NCBI GenBank assembly: GCA_043805735.1
Contig: JAZDHS010000044.1
Span: 4,829-68,828 of the forward strand
Source: Candidatus Omnitrophota bacterium
GTDB taxonomy: Bacteria; Omnitrophota; Gorgyraeia; JAFGHF01
Direction: 5' to 3'
Length of the DNA: 64,000 nt
The translations under genes and the position numbers were made by a program. This document shows positions 49,527 to 59,366 of the stretch, one piece after another; position 1 is the first letter of the stretch; the number at the start of each line of letters is the position of its first letter. Under the pieces are notes generated by a model. That model was given only the letters and a program-made list of their open reading frames with translations, was not told the DNA's origin and ran no database searches.

Positions 49527-50430
49527 GATAACCGTAAAAGACCTGATTTATCCTTTATTTGTCAAGGATGGGAAGAATCGGCGCGAAGAGATCAGGTCTC
49601 TGCCGGGCATTTACCGGTTCTCGCCGGATACTCTGATCAAAGAAGCGCGCCAATTGGTAAAGCTCGGGATACGCGCGGTATTGGTCTTTGGCCTGCCCGA
49701 GAAAAAAGACAGCGGCGGTTCAGGCGCTTATAAAGAGAATAATGTAGTCGCGCTGGTTGTAAAAGCGCTGAAGGCCGATTTTCCGGGACTTACCGTAATG
49801 ACGGATATCTGCCTTTGCGCCTATACCACTCACGGCCATTGCGGTATCATTGGTTCCGGGGAGAAAAAAATAAATCATCCAGCGACTTTACAGGCATTAT
49901 CCCAAATAGCTCTCTTGCATGCGCAGGCCGGCGCAGATTATGTAGCACCCTCAGCGATGGCGAAAAATCAGGTGCTGGCAATAAGAAAAACATTGGATAG
50001 AAACGGCTATGGAAATACGAAGATCATGGGTTATTCGGCGAAGTATGCCTCTAGCTTCTACGGCCCGTTCAGAGAAGCGGCGGACTCCGCTCCCGCATTC
50101 GGGGACAGGAAGGCATACCAGCTCGATTACGCCGATAGATTCTCCGCGATAAAAGAGATAGCGGATGATATCAAAGAAGGCGCGGATATCGTAATGGTAA
50201 AACCGGCGCTCGCTTACCTCGATGTGATTAAAGAAGCAAGCTCTAGATTCCGCCATACTTTAGCCGCCTATAATGTAAGCGGTGAATATGCAATGGTAAA
50301 ACTCGGCGCAAAATCCCGTCTCTGGGATGAGAAAAAGATGGCCCTCGAAGTCATAACGGCTATAAAGCGCGCCGGCGCAGAGTTGATAATCACCTATCAT
50401 GCCAAGGACATCGCCAGATGGCTAAAATAA
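49519..50430 (+). CDS. hemB: porphobilinogen synthase
   Basis: 303 aa ALAD TIM-barrel; active-site Lys region (VKPALAYLD). Confidence 0.85.
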   Translation: MDKITVKDLIYPLFVKDGKNRREEIRSLPGIYRFSPDTLIKEARQLVKLGIRAVLVFGLPEKKDSGGSGAYKENNVVALVVKALKADFPGLTVMTDICLCAYTTHGHCGIIGSGEKKINHPATLQALSQIALLHAQAGADYVAPSAMAKNQVLAIRKTLDRNGYGNTKIMGYSAKYASSFYGPFREAADSAPAFGDRKAYQLDYADRFSAIKEIADDIKEGADIVMVKPALAYLDVIKEASSRFRHTLAAYNVSGEYAMVKLGAKSRLWDEKKMALEVITAIKRAGAELIITYHAKDIARWLK

Positions 50431-51680
50431 AGAAGAATTCGATAATCTTTAAGCGAGCCGGAAGATATTTGGTGGGCGGCGTAAACAGCCCGGTGCGCGC
50501 ATTCAAATATGTAGGAGGCGAGCCTCTGCTCATCAAGAACGCACGGGGCTCCAGAGTCTATGATTACGACGGCAAAAGATATATCGATTATGTACTCTCC
50601 TGGGGCAGCCTCATCTTGGGCCATGCGCATCCCGATGTCATCAGGGCCGTGATAGAAACTATTAAATACGGGACGAGTTTCGGCACGACCAATAAATCGG
50701 AAGTGGAACTGGCTGAAAGGATAGCTCAAGCTATACCTTTTATACAAAAGATCAGGTTCGTTAATTCCGGCACAGAAGCGGTTATGGGTGCGGTGAGGAT
50801 CTCCCGGGCTTATACAAAAAGGGATAAGATCCTCAAATTTGAGAAGGCCTATCATGGTCACGCCGATTATCTCCTTACTAAAAGCGGTTCGGGGTTAGCG
50901 ACCTTCGATATCCCCAAAAGCGCAGGCGTGCCGAAAAGTTTTACCCAAGATACCATCTCGATTCCTTACGGCGACCGTGTTCTTTTGGAAAAAGTATTCC
51001 AAAGGCATGGCTCAAAAATAGCCGCGGTGCTAGTTGAGCCCGTCGGCGGGAATTATGGCGTGGTCTTGCCGGATAGTGATTTCTTAAAACACTTAAGAAA
51101 GCTCACCAGAGATCACGGCACTCTGCTTATCGCGGACGAAATAATAACCGGATTCAGGCTGAATTACGGTTCGGCAATACAGAGTTTTGGCATCAAACCC
51201 GACCTGATCTGCCTTGGGAAGATAATCGGCGCAGGGTTACCTATAGGAGCGTACGGGGGCAGGCGAGATATAATGAATAATCTGGCTCCCCAAGGTAAAG
51301 TATACCAGGCTTCTACCTTCGCCGGAAATCCAGCGGTGATGCAGGCGGGTATCGCGACTATACGACTATTATCAAAGATGAAAGATCGGTATGGGGCGCT
51401 TAAGGCGCTGACAGAAGATCTGGCCGGTGCCCTGGAGGAGAAAGCGCTACGCTCGGGAGTTCATCTTGAAGTTAACCGTTTCGGCTCGTTGTTTAGTTTA
51501 AGATTTGAAAAGAAAGAATTCTTCGCCAGATTCTACCGCGGGATGCTCAAGCTGGGCATTTATTTCGCCCCGTCCGAATTCGAGGCTAATTTTTTGTCAT
51601 TCGCCCATACCGAAAAGGACATCAAAGATACTATATCGGTCGCCGAAAAGGTATTTAGGGAGGGAAAATGGAAAACGTAG
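50418..51680 (+). CDS. hemL: glutamate-1-semialdehyde 2,1-aminomutase
   Basis: GG.NSPVRAF aminotransferase class III N-terminus and the PLP Lys (GKIIGAG). Confidence 0.9.
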   Translation: MAKIKKNSIIFKRAGRYLVGGVNSPVRAFKYVGGEPLLIKNARGSRVYDYDGKRYIDYVLSWGSLILGHAHPDVIRAVIETIKYGTSFGTTNKSEVELAERIAQAIPFIQKIRFVNSGTEAVMGAVRISRAYTKRDKILKFEKAYHGHADYLLTKSGSGLATFDIPKSAGVPKSFTQDTISIPYGDRVLLEKVFQRHGSKIAAVLVEPVGGNYGVVLPDSDFLKHLRKLTRDHGTLLIADEIITGFRLNYGSAIQSFGIKPDLICLGKIIGAGLPIGAYGGRRDIMNNLAPQGKVYQASTFAGNPAVMQAGIATIRLLSKMKDRYGALKALTEDLAGALEEKALRSGVHLEVNRFGSLFSLRFEKKEFFARFYRGMLKLGIYFAPSEFEANFLSFAHTEKDIKDTISVAEKVFREGKWKT

Positions 51681-52381
51681 ATTACGAAGCTTTAAAAAAG
51701 CGCGGGTTCTTGAGACAGAGGCAGGAAGGGTTCTTTGTCCTGAGGGCGAGGGCATCCTCGGGTGTTTACAAAAAAGAGCATCTTGATAAATTAGCGGTGA
51801 TAGCGCAAAAATACGGGAAAGGCTTTGTGCATGCTACCGTCCGCCAGGGCATAGAGATACCGTTTATAAAATTTGCGGACATCCAGGAAGTCGAGGCGAA
51901 ACTTGTGCACGCCGGTATTGCAGTAGGGACATCGGGGCCGCGCCTCAGGGTTACGACCGTTTGCCCCGGCAATAACTGGTGTAAACAGGGGCTGGTAAAT
52001 ACTTTTTCTTTGGCCGAAAGAATAGAGAAAGAGCTGGGTATAACCTGCGGTATGGACCTGCCCCATAAGTTTAAGATAGCCATTTCCGGATGCCCGAATG
52101 CCTGCACGCGCCCGCAAGCTAGCGAGATAGGAATACATGGACAGGTGAGCTCTGCAATATCGGGCCAGGGAATCGGTTATGTCTTATACATAGGCGGTTC
52201 GGGCGGAAGAATACCGAGAGAGGGTCTTAAACTTAATGGAGTTTTTTGCGAAGACGAGACCTTGCGGATTATAGAAAAAGTAATAAAATTTTACAAAAGA
52301 CAGGCCAAGCCAAGACAGCGTCTGGGCGCGCTAATAGAAGAAATCGGAAAAGAAAAGTTTTTAAGAGAAATAGCCGCATAG
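51668..52381 (+). CDS. small siroheme/[4Fe-4S] sulfite-reductase-like protein (low-molecular-weight assimilatory-type)
   Basis: CPGNNWC ... GCPNAC (C-x5-C ... C-x3-C siroheme–Fe-S coupling motif) in only 237 aa; directly follows the siroheme biosynthesis genes. Confidence 0.6.
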   Translation: MENVDYEALKKRGFLRQRQEGFFVLRARASSGVYKKEHLDKLAVIAQKYGKGFVHATVRQGIEIPFIKFADIQEVEAKLVHAGIAVGTSGPRLRVTTVCPGNNWCKQGLVNTFSLAERIEKELGITCGMDLPHKFKIAISGCPNACTRPQASEIGIHGQVSSAISGQGIGYVLYIGGSGGRIPREGLKLNGVFCEDETLRIIEKVIKFYKRQAKPRQRLGALIEEIGKEKFLREIAA

Positions 52382-52417
52382 TGATGGCATTTTGTTGTCT
52401 CTAATTGCAGAAAAACT

Positions 52418-52446
52418 TGCGATTTGCCATTAAAGGGTATATAATA
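52418..52446 (+). promoter_or_regulatory. sigma70-like promoter TTGCGA-17-TATAAT upstream of archease
   Basis: Spacing and boxes close to consensus. Confidence 0.5.
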
Positions 52447-52485
52447 TGGCAGTAAAAACAGAGATGACTGTAATGCGAGAGGTAA

Positions 52486-52902
52486 ATGAAGCATTATGAA
52501 ATTATCGACCATACTGCGGATATCGGCCTACGCGCCAGAGGCAAGGATTTAAAAGAACTGTTTGCCCATGCCGCCTACGGGATGTTCGAGATAATGGCGG
52601 ATTTAAAAAATGTGCAGGCAAAAAAGACAATACCGGTGAACCTAAAAGCTCCCAATGTTGAGGAGCTTTTTTTGTCCTGGCTAGGAGAATTGCTCTATCT
52701 ATACAACAGCAAGAAATTAATCCTGAATTCATTCACCATTGATACGATAAACGAGACCTCGCTCTCGGCGCGCGCGGGGGGAGAAACGCTTAATCTTAAA
52801 AAACACAGGCTAAAAATGGAGATTAAGGCCGCGACCTTCCATAATCTGCTTGTGCGTAAGCAAGGCCGTGGTTGGCAGGGTGAAGTGATCTTTGATGTGT
52901 AA
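52486..52902 (+). CDS. archease (RtcB activator)
   Basis: Y..IDHTADIG....G..L.ELF motif (HTAD); 138 aa. Confidence 0.8.
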   Translation: MKHYEIIDHTADIGLRARGKDLKELFAHAAYGMFEIMADLKNVQAKKTIPVNLKAPNVEELFLSWLGELLYLYNSKKLILNSFTIDTINETSLSARAGGETLNLKKHRLKMEIKAATFHNLLVRKQGRGWQGEVIFDV

Positions 52903-52917
52903 ATAAGGAGGGCGGTA

Positions 52918-54579
52918 ATGAATAAAATCGTCTTGGGTTTGGCGCTACTGTGTCTTTGCGGCACGGCGTTTGCCGAAACGCTGGAGGTAGAATCGCGGGT
53001 GGTGGCGGCAACTATTTATCCCGATTCGGCACAAATTACCCGCCAGGCGAAAGTAAACTTGAAAACAGGCTCAAGCGAAGTGGTCTTCACGAATATCCCG
53101 GAGTATCTTGACGAGAATACCCTCACCGTTTCCGCTTCTGGAACTGCCGTGGCCAAAATCCTCGACGCCAAGATCAAGACCGTGTTTTTGGAACAGGCAC
53201 AGTCGGAGTTGGTGCGCAAACTGGAAGATGAGATCCAGAAGCTCCAAGACGGGCTCTCGGCGCTGGACAACGAACGCACAGTATTAGGACAAGAAAAAGA
53301 ATATTTACAATCAATTAAACTGCATGCCACAGAGCAAATCCCCGAAGATTTAATTACCAAGACGCCGGCGGTAGCCGATCTCGATTCCTTGCGGGTGTTT
53401 ATTAAAGAGAAATGGGCCGCGGCCTTGACGCGCGAGTTGGCAATCAGCCAAGAGCAACGGGAAATCCAAAAGGCGCTGGAGAAACTGAAGAAAGAATTAA
53501 ATCAAATGCGCCAGGCCCAACGCAAAGAAAAACGCGTAGCCAGCGTGGGAGTAGAGGTAGAGCGTGCCGGAGAGCTCCAGGTCGATATCAGTTATTTGAT
53601 GTATCAGGCGAACTGGAATCCGCAATACGATGCCCGTGTTGATTACGAGAAGCAAAAAGTGGAACTAAGTTGTTTAGGCCTGGTCAAACAAACCAGCGGC
53701 GCGGACTGGCAAGGGATAGAGATTGCCCTCTCCACCGCCAAACCGACTATTTCCGGGCGGATGCCCGAACTGTATAGCTGGATCTTACAACCACCGCCGC
53801 CAGCGGTTCGAGTGGCTAAATCGAAAATGCTGGGGGCTCCTTTAGAAGAAAGCTTAGGAGACGCATATAATTATGCCGCGTCATACGAATCCAAAGCCGT
53901 GGAAAAGCAAGAACAGGAAGCCCCAATGCAGTATGCCCAGGCCGAGGAAGGCCTGGGCTCTGTTACTTACAAAATCGCCCATCTGGTCGATATTAAATCT
54001 GATGGTACCGAGCAGCGTTTAGCGATTTTTACGCAAACCTTCTCTACCGAATTTTTCTATTCCGCTACTCCCAAACTCTCGCAATATGCCTACTTGGCGG
54101 CTAAGGTCACCAATGACCGGGAAAACCTTTTACCCGCGGCGGTGCGCGTATTTTTAGATAATACCTACGTCGGCTCATCCTCCATTGACGCCATCGGCAA
54201 GGGCGAGCAATTCGACTTGTTTATGGGCATTGACGAGGGCGTGAAGGTCAAACGCGAAAAGGTCAAAGAGGAGACCAAAGAGGTTTGGCTGGCCGGCATC
54301 AAGCGTAACAACAAAGTGGTGGTAGCTACCTATAAAATTACCGTGGAAAACTATAAATCCGACGATATCAGAGTAAACGTGTTCGACCATTTTCCGGTCT
54401 CACAGAACGACCAGATTGCCGTTAAAATTTTAGAGGCTACCCCCAAAGCCAAAGAAGAGGATTATCAGGACAAAAAAGGCGTGATGCGCTGGGAACTCGA
54501 TATCAAGCCGAAAGAAAAGAAAGAAATCGTTTACACCTATCAGCTTGAGTATCCACGCGAGATGCATCTTAATTTCTAA
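52918..54579 (+). CDS. secreted DUF4139/DUF4140 (mucoidy-inhibitor MuiA-like) protein
   Basis: Signal peptide MNKIVLGLALLCLCGTAFA, a central coiled-coil, and a C-terminal beta-rich domain. Confidence 0.5.
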   Translation: MNKIVLGLALLCLCGTAFAETLEVESRVVAATIYPDSAQITRQAKVNLKTGSSEVVFTNIPEYLDENTLTVSASGTAVAKILDAKIKTVFLEQAQSELVRKLEDEIQKLQDGLSALDNERTVLGQEKEYLQSIKLHATEQIPEDLITKTPAVADLDSLRVFIKEKWAAALTRELAISQEQREIQKALEKLKKELNQMRQAQRKEKRVASVGVEVERAGELQVDISYLMYQANWNPQYDARVDYEKQKVELSCLGLVKQTSGADWQGIEIALSTAKPTISGRMPELYSWILQPPPPAVRVAKSKMLGAPLEESLGDAYNYAASYESKAVEKQEQEAPMQYAQAEEGLGSVTYKIAHLVDIKSDGTEQRLAIFTQTFSTEFFYSATPKLSQYAYLAAKVTNDRENLLPAAVRVFLDNTYVGSSSIDAIGKGEQFDLFMGIDEGVKVKREKVKEETKEVWLAGIKRNNKVVVATYKITVENYKSDDIRVNVFDHFPVSQNDQIAVKILEATPKAKEEDYQDKKGVMRWELDIKPKEKKEIVYTYQLEYPREMHLNF

Positions 54580-54587
54580 GGAATGCA

Positions 54588-56045
54588 ATGAGCGAGGTCT
54601 GGAACGGGCCGTTAGAAAAGATTGACGATTACCGCTGGCGCATACCGCAAAGTTATCATCCCGGGATGCGCGTACCCGGTATCATTTATGCCGACGAAGA
54701 GCTGTTGAAGAATATCCGCAGTGACAAGGCCGCGGAACAAGTGGCCAATGTCGCGCATCTTCCCGGTATCGTTAATGCCTCTCTGGCTATGCCCGATATC
54801 CACTGGGGTTACGGTTTTTGTATCGGCGGCGTGGCCGCCACCGATATCGACGCCGGCGGGGTAATTTCTCCCGGCGGCGTGGGATATGACATTAATTGCG
54901 GCGTCAGGCTGGTGCGCACGGCTTTAAACGAAAAAGATGTCCAGGGCAAGATTCGCGATTTAGTGAGTGTACTCTTTAAAAATATTCCCACCGGTGTCGG
55001 CTCTAAAGGAGAAATACGCGCCACGGGTAAGGATGAAGAAAAGCTCTTGGTTAAAGGCGCGAAATGGGCGGTGGAAAAAGGTTTTGGTTCGGCTGACGAT
55101 TTAGAATATACCGAAGAGCAGGGCGCAATTGCCGGGGCTGATCCCGACGCGGTTTCGCCGCGCGCCTATGAACGCGGCGAACGCCAGGCCGGCACATTAG
55201 GCTCAGGAAATCATTTCCTGGAAATCCAGGTGATTGACCAAATTTTTGATGAACAGGCGATGGAAGTCTTAGGATTACACCTGGGTCAGGTTACGGTGAT
55301 GATTCACACTGGCTCCCGTGGCTTTGGTTTTCAAATTTGCGACGAATACGCCAAGGCAATGGTGCATAGCCTGGCCAAATATAATATCAGCGTTCCCGAC
55401 CGGCAATTGGCTTGTGTCCCGGTGAATTCTCCGGAAGGTAAAAAATATCTGGGTGCGATGCGCTGCGCGGCCAATTATGCCTGGTGCAACCGCCAGATTC
55501 TGATGGAGCTCACCCGGCGGATTTTCCAGCAGTTCTTTAGTCTTGGCCCCAAAGATTTAGGGATGAGCCTGGTTTATGACGTGGCCCACAATATTGCCAA
55601 GATTGAAAAGCAAAAGGTAAACGGTGTGAGCAAAACTTTATGCGTGCACCGTAAAGGCGCGACCCGTGCCTTCGGCCCGGGCCATCCGGACTTACCGGAG
55701 AAATACCAGGCCATAGGCCAGCCGGTGATCATCCCCGGAGATATGGGCCGCAATTCCTTTCTTTTGGTAGGTACGGAAAAGGCGGCGGAGACATTTTATA
55801 GCACCTGCCATGGCAGCGGCCGGCTTATGTCGCGCACCGCGGCGATCAAAAAATTAAGTGGCCGTTCCATTGCCAAGGAATTAGAGAAAAAAGGGATTTA
55901 TGTGCTCTCGGAAGGACGAGAGACGTTATCCGAGGAGGCCCCCGAGGCCTATAAAGATGTTAATACCGTGGTTAATGTGGTCCATCAGGCCGGTATCTCT
56001 AAGCGTGTTTGCCGGATGCGCCCCTTAGGAGTGATAAAAGGGTAG
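54588..56045 (+). CDS. rtcB: RNA ligase RtcB
   Basis: Metal-binding His/Cys motifs (DINCGVRL ; HTGSRG.G ; TCHGSGR); 485 aa. Confidence 0.85.
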   Translation: MSEVWNGPLEKIDDYRWRIPQSYHPGMRVPGIIYADEELLKNIRSDKAAEQVANVAHLPGIVNASLAMPDIHWGYGFCIGGVAATDIDAGGVISPGGVGYDINCGVRLVRTALNEKDVQGKIRDLVSVLFKNIPTGVGSKGEIRATGKDEEKLLVKGAKWAVEKGFGSADDLEYTEEQGAIAGADPDAVSPRAYERGERQAGTLGSGNHFLEIQVIDQIFDEQAMEVLGLHLGQVTVMIHTGSRGFGFQICDEYAKAMVHSLAKYNISVPDRQLACVPVNSPEGKKYLGAMRCAANYAWCNRQILMELTRRIFQQFFSLGPKDLGMSLVYDVAHNIAKIEKQKVNGVSKTLCVHRKGATRAFGPGHPDLPEKYQAIGQPVIIPGDMGRNSFLLVGTEKAAETFYSTCHGSGRLMSRTAAIKKLSGRSIAKELEKKGIYVLSEGRETLSEEAPEAYKDVNTVVNVVHQAGISKRVCRMRPLGVIKG

Positions 56046-56088
56046 CAGTGCCCAGAGAACCTGGTTCCTAGCAAAAAAAGGAGCTTAT

Positions 56089-57366
56089 ATGTTGGATATT
56101 AAACTTATTCGTGAGAAGCCGGACCTGGTCAAGAAGGCGATCAAGGACAGGGGGCTGAAATTAGACATTGACGCGCTGCTTGTCTTGGATGAAGAAAAAA
56201 GAAATCTACTCAAAGAAGTAGAGGGCTTGCAATATCAGAAAAACGTGCTTTCAGATCAGATTGCCCAGAAAATGCTCAAAGATAAAAAGGATGTTCAGAA
56301 CTTTGTCGAGGAATCAAAAGTGCTTTCCCAAAAAATAGACAAATTAAGGGTTAGAGTGGAGGAAATTGAGCCAAAAGTAGCCAATTTTATGCTCAATATC
56401 CCAAATATACCGGACAATTCCCTGCCAATTGGCCTAACTGCCGAAAATAACAAAGTGGTGCGTAGTTGGGGTAAGCCTTTAGAATATAACCCCAAATTAC
56501 GTAATCACTTAGAGTTAGTGGAACATCTAGGGATAGTCGATTTGGCGCGCGCGGCCAAAATCACCGCTTCTAACTTCATTCTGTTTATGGGCCAGGGGGC
56601 GCGCCTGGAGCGGGCGCTTTACAATTTTATGCTCGATTTACATACCAAGAAACATGGCTACAAGGAGGTCTTCCCGCCGTTTCTGGTCAATCGGGCGAGT
56701 ATGACTGGGACCGGACAGCTGCCTAAGCTGGAAGAGGATATGTACCGCTTAAAGGACGACGACCTTTTCTTGATACCGACCGCGGAAGTGCCGGTTACCA
56801 ATATCCATCGGGACGATGTGTTTAAAGAAGAGGAGCTGCCGGTTTATTATACCGCTTATACAGCCTGTTTTCGCCGCGAGGCCGGCTCTTACGGCAAAGA
56901 CACCCGGGGCCTCACCCGCGTGCACCAGTTTGATAAGGTCGAGCTGGTTAAGTTTGTTCAACCCGAAACCTCTTATAACGAGCTGGAGTCGTTGGTCGAG
57001 AATGCCGAAGAGGTGCTGCAGCTTTTGGAGCTGCCTTATCGGGTGATCATGCTTTGTACTGGTGAAATTAGTTTCTCCGCCAGCAAATGTTATGACCTGG
57101 AGGCTTGGGCGCCGGCCAGCAAGAGTTGGCTGGAAGTTTCCAGTTGCAGTAATTTTAGCGATTTTCAGGCCCGGCGGGCGAATATTAAATTTCGCTCGGC
57201 GGCGAGCAAAAAATTAGAATATGTGCATACCTTAAATGGTTCAGGTGTTGCCTTGGCGCGTACCGTAATCGCGCTTTTAGAGGTTCACCAGACGCCGCAA
57301 GGAACAGTAAGAATACCGAAAGCGCTTATCCCTTATATGGACGGAGTAACGGAGCTTAAGCCATGA
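56089..57366 (+). CDS. serS: seryl-tRNA synthetase
   Basis: N-terminal coiled-coil arm (MLDIKLIRE.PD.V.......). Class II motifs: motif 2 (TACFRREAGSYGKDTRGL.RVHQF.KVE) and motif 3 (GSG.A..R). Confidence 0.9.
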   Translation: MLDIKLIREKPDLVKKAIKDRGLKLDIDALLVLDEEKRNLLKEVEGLQYQKNVLSDQIAQKMLKDKKDVQNFVEESKVLSQKIDKLRVRVEEIEPKVANFMLNIPNIPDNSLPIGLTAENNKVVRSWGKPLEYNPKLRNHLELVEHLGIVDLARAAKITASNFILFMGQGARLERALYNFMLDLHTKKHGYKEVFPPFLVNRASMTGTGQLPKLEEDMYRLKDDDLFLIPTAEVPVTNIHRDDVFKEEELPVYYTAYTACFRREAGSYGKDTRGLTRVHQFDKVELVKFVQPETSYNELESLVENAEEVLQLLELPYRVIMLCTGEISFSASKCYDLEAWAPASKSWLEVSSCSNFSDFQARRANIKFRSAASKKLEYVHTLNGSGVALARTVIALLEVHQTPQGTVRIPKALIPYMDGVTELKP

Positions 57367-58025
57367 TCGCCAGTATCTTTAAAACTATTGTCGGGATTTT
57401 GTTGCTGCCGGTTTCGTTGGCGGCGACCAAGGCCTTTGCCGTAGAGTTAGGCCAGATCAAACAGCTTGACGGCTCGGCGGAATATTTTTTAAATGGCGTA
57501 CTGATTTATTTGGTCATTCATTTGGTGCTGCACAAGCCCGATTTCTTCTATGTCTTCGGCCATGAAGTGGCCCATGCCCTGGCGGCGTTGCTCTGTGGTG
57601 GACGAGTGAATTCCTTTAACGTTTCCGCGCGCGGGGGCGCGGTAACCACCTCTAAGTCCAATTCTTTTATCGCGCTGTTTCCTTATTTCTTTCCCACCTA
57701 CACAATATTAGTTTGGTTGGCTTACTTTTTCACCACGCTCTTTTACCATAAAGGTAATTTTATGCCCCACTTCTTATTCTTAGTGGGCTTTACGCTAGCC
57801 CTTCATTTGATTATGACTGCCGATTCCTTAAAAATAAAACAGCCGGATATCTTTAAAACCGGATATCTTTTTTCAATCTCGATGGTCTATGTGCTCAATC
57901 TGCTCTTAATCAGTTTTATCTTAAGCCTGGTATTTGCGGGCTTTTCTTTTTCGCAATTCTTTCTCTCCGGCGCCGAGCGCTCCGGAGAGATTTATCAAGC
58001 GATTTATAGCCAGTTGTTTCTTTAA
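57363..58025 (+). CDS. polytopic membrane protein with HExxH motif (putative membrane zincin, DUF3267-like)
   Basis: FGHEVAHALAALLCGG lies in a predicted TM helix; 5-6 TMs. Confidence 0.45.
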   Translation: MIASIFKTIVGILLLPVSLAATKAFAVELGQIKQLDGSAEYFLNGVLIYLVIHLVLHKPDFFYVFGHEVAHALAALLCGGRVNSFNVSARGGAVTTSKSNSFIALFPYFFPTYTILVWLAYFFTTLFYHKGNFMPHFLFLVGFTLALHLIMTADSLKIKQPDIFKTGYLFSISMVYVLNLLLISFILSLVFAGFSFSQFFLSGAERSGEIYQAIYSQLFL

Positions 58026-58027
58026 GC

Positions 58028-58117
58028 GGAGAGGTGGCTGAGCGGTTTAAAGCGGCAGTCTTGAAAACTGTTGTGGGCGTAAGCCCACCCCGAGTTCGAA
58101 TCTCGGCCTCTCCGCCA
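58028..58117 (+). tRNA. tRNA-Ser (anticodon UGA)
   Basis: 90 nt: acceptor GGAGAGG/CCTCTCC, anticodon stem GCAGT/ACTGT with loop CTTGAAA, long variable arm TGTGGGCGTAAGCCCACC, T-arm CCGAG-TTCGAAT-CTCGG, and CCA encoded. Confidence 0.8.
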
Positions 58118-58217
58118 GTTTTTTTCCCCAAAATCGGCCAATTCCCCATGCCTTATAAACCATCCTTAAAGAATATAATACACTTTTACTAATATATATG
58201 ATTTATAATTATTTTAC

Positions 58218-58246
58218 TTGACAGCAATTATAGTATATGCTATAGT
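58218..58246 (+). promoter_or_regulatory. sigma70 promoter TTGACA-17-TATAGT upstream of MerR-like gene / secretin cluster
   Basis: Consensus -35 and a good -10 with 17-nt spacing. Confidence 0.6.
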
Positions 58247-58282
58247 TACAATAACCCGCATTGGGGGTAAAGAGGTTTAAGG

Positions 58283-58492
58283 ATGCTGATTTCGCCACAG
58301 GAAGTAATCAGAAAATATAATATCTCTTATCAGACGCTCAACTATTATACGAATCTCGGGCTATTGGAGGTGCGTAAGCGTAAAGGTAACGGGCGCCTAT
58401 TTAATGAGGAAGAGTTAAAGAAAAGCCTGGATAAGATTTTTGAACTCAAGGACAGCGGTTATCCGCTGCGTCTGATTTCGAAAATGTTGTGA
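58283..58492 (+). CDS. small MerR/excisionase-type HTH protein
   Basis: 69 aa; VIRKYNISYQTLNYYTNLGLLEV is an HTH. Confidence 0.55.
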   Translation: MLISPQEVIRKYNISYQTLNYYTNLGLLEVRKRKGNGRLFNEEELKKSLDKIFELKDSGYPLRLISKML

Positions 58493-58502
58493 GGGGTGGG
58501 CA

Positions 58503-59366
58503 ATGCAATATTATAAGGTATTAGGTTTGCAAAGAGAGCCTTTTTCCACCAGCCCCGACCCGGAATTTTTCTACCAGTCCGGGGAGCACAAGACCGCCCT
58601 GACTAATATCATGATTGAAATCCGGCTCAAACGCGGTTTAAGCGTGGTCTTGGGCGATGTGGGAACGGGCAAAACCACCTTAAGCCGAAAATTATTCCAG
58701 ATGTTCGCCTCCCGGGAAAACATCGACTTCTTTATGATCATGGACCCAACCTATGAATCGGACTATATCTTCCTGTTATCGCTGGTGCGCACTTTTGGTA
58801 TCGAGCTGAGTAATAGTCATCCGAACATCCTGGACTTAAAGCAGGAGATTAAGCATTTTCTGTTTCAAAAGGGAGTCAGCGAGAACAAGACTGTGGTTTT
58901 ACTCGTCGATGAAGCCCAGAAGCTCAATCCCCTCGCGCTTGAGGCGCTGCGGGTGCTTTTAAATTATGAAACCAACGAGTTTAAGCTGTTGCAGCTGGTG
59001 CTTCTGGGGCAGATGGAGCTTTTTCCGCGGCTGGCCGCGACCAAAAATCTAATGGATCGGGTGAGCTTGAAATATTCCCTGGGTCCACTCAATGAGGAAG
59101 AGACCAAAGAGATGATTGAATTTCGCATCCGCCAGGCCGGCTATGCGGGTAGAGATAAATTATTTCACGAAAGCATCTTTCGCCACATCCACGAACATAC
59201 GCAAGGCTACCCCCGGCGCATCGCCATGTTTTGCCATAAGGCGCTTAAATACGTGGTGATGAAGAATAAACCCTATGTCGATCAAGAAACGCTGAGAGAC
59301 ATTATTGATTCCGAGGCCAAGTTGAGATGGCAGAACCAAGACCTACTCCTGAAGAGCAACTACTAA
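58503..59366 (+). CDS. ExeA/GspA-like AAA+ ATPase (secretin-assembly associated)
   Basis: Walker A GDVGTGKTT; Walker B LLVDEAQ; AAA_22-like; 287 aa. Confidence 0.7.
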   Translation: MQYYKVLGLQREPFSTSPDPEFFYQSGEHKTALTNIMIEIRLKRGLSVVLGDVGTGKTTLSRKLFQMFASRENIDFFMIMDPTYESDYIFLLSLVRTFGIELSNSHPNILDLKQEIKHFLFQKGVSENKTVVLLVDEAQKLNPLALEALRVLLNYETNEFKLLQLVLLGQMELFPRLAATKNLMDRVSLKYSLGPLNEEETKEMIEFRIRQAGYAGRDKLFHESIFRHIHEHTQGYPRRIAMFCHKALKYVVMKNKPYVDQETLRDIIDSEAKLRWQNQDLLLKSNY

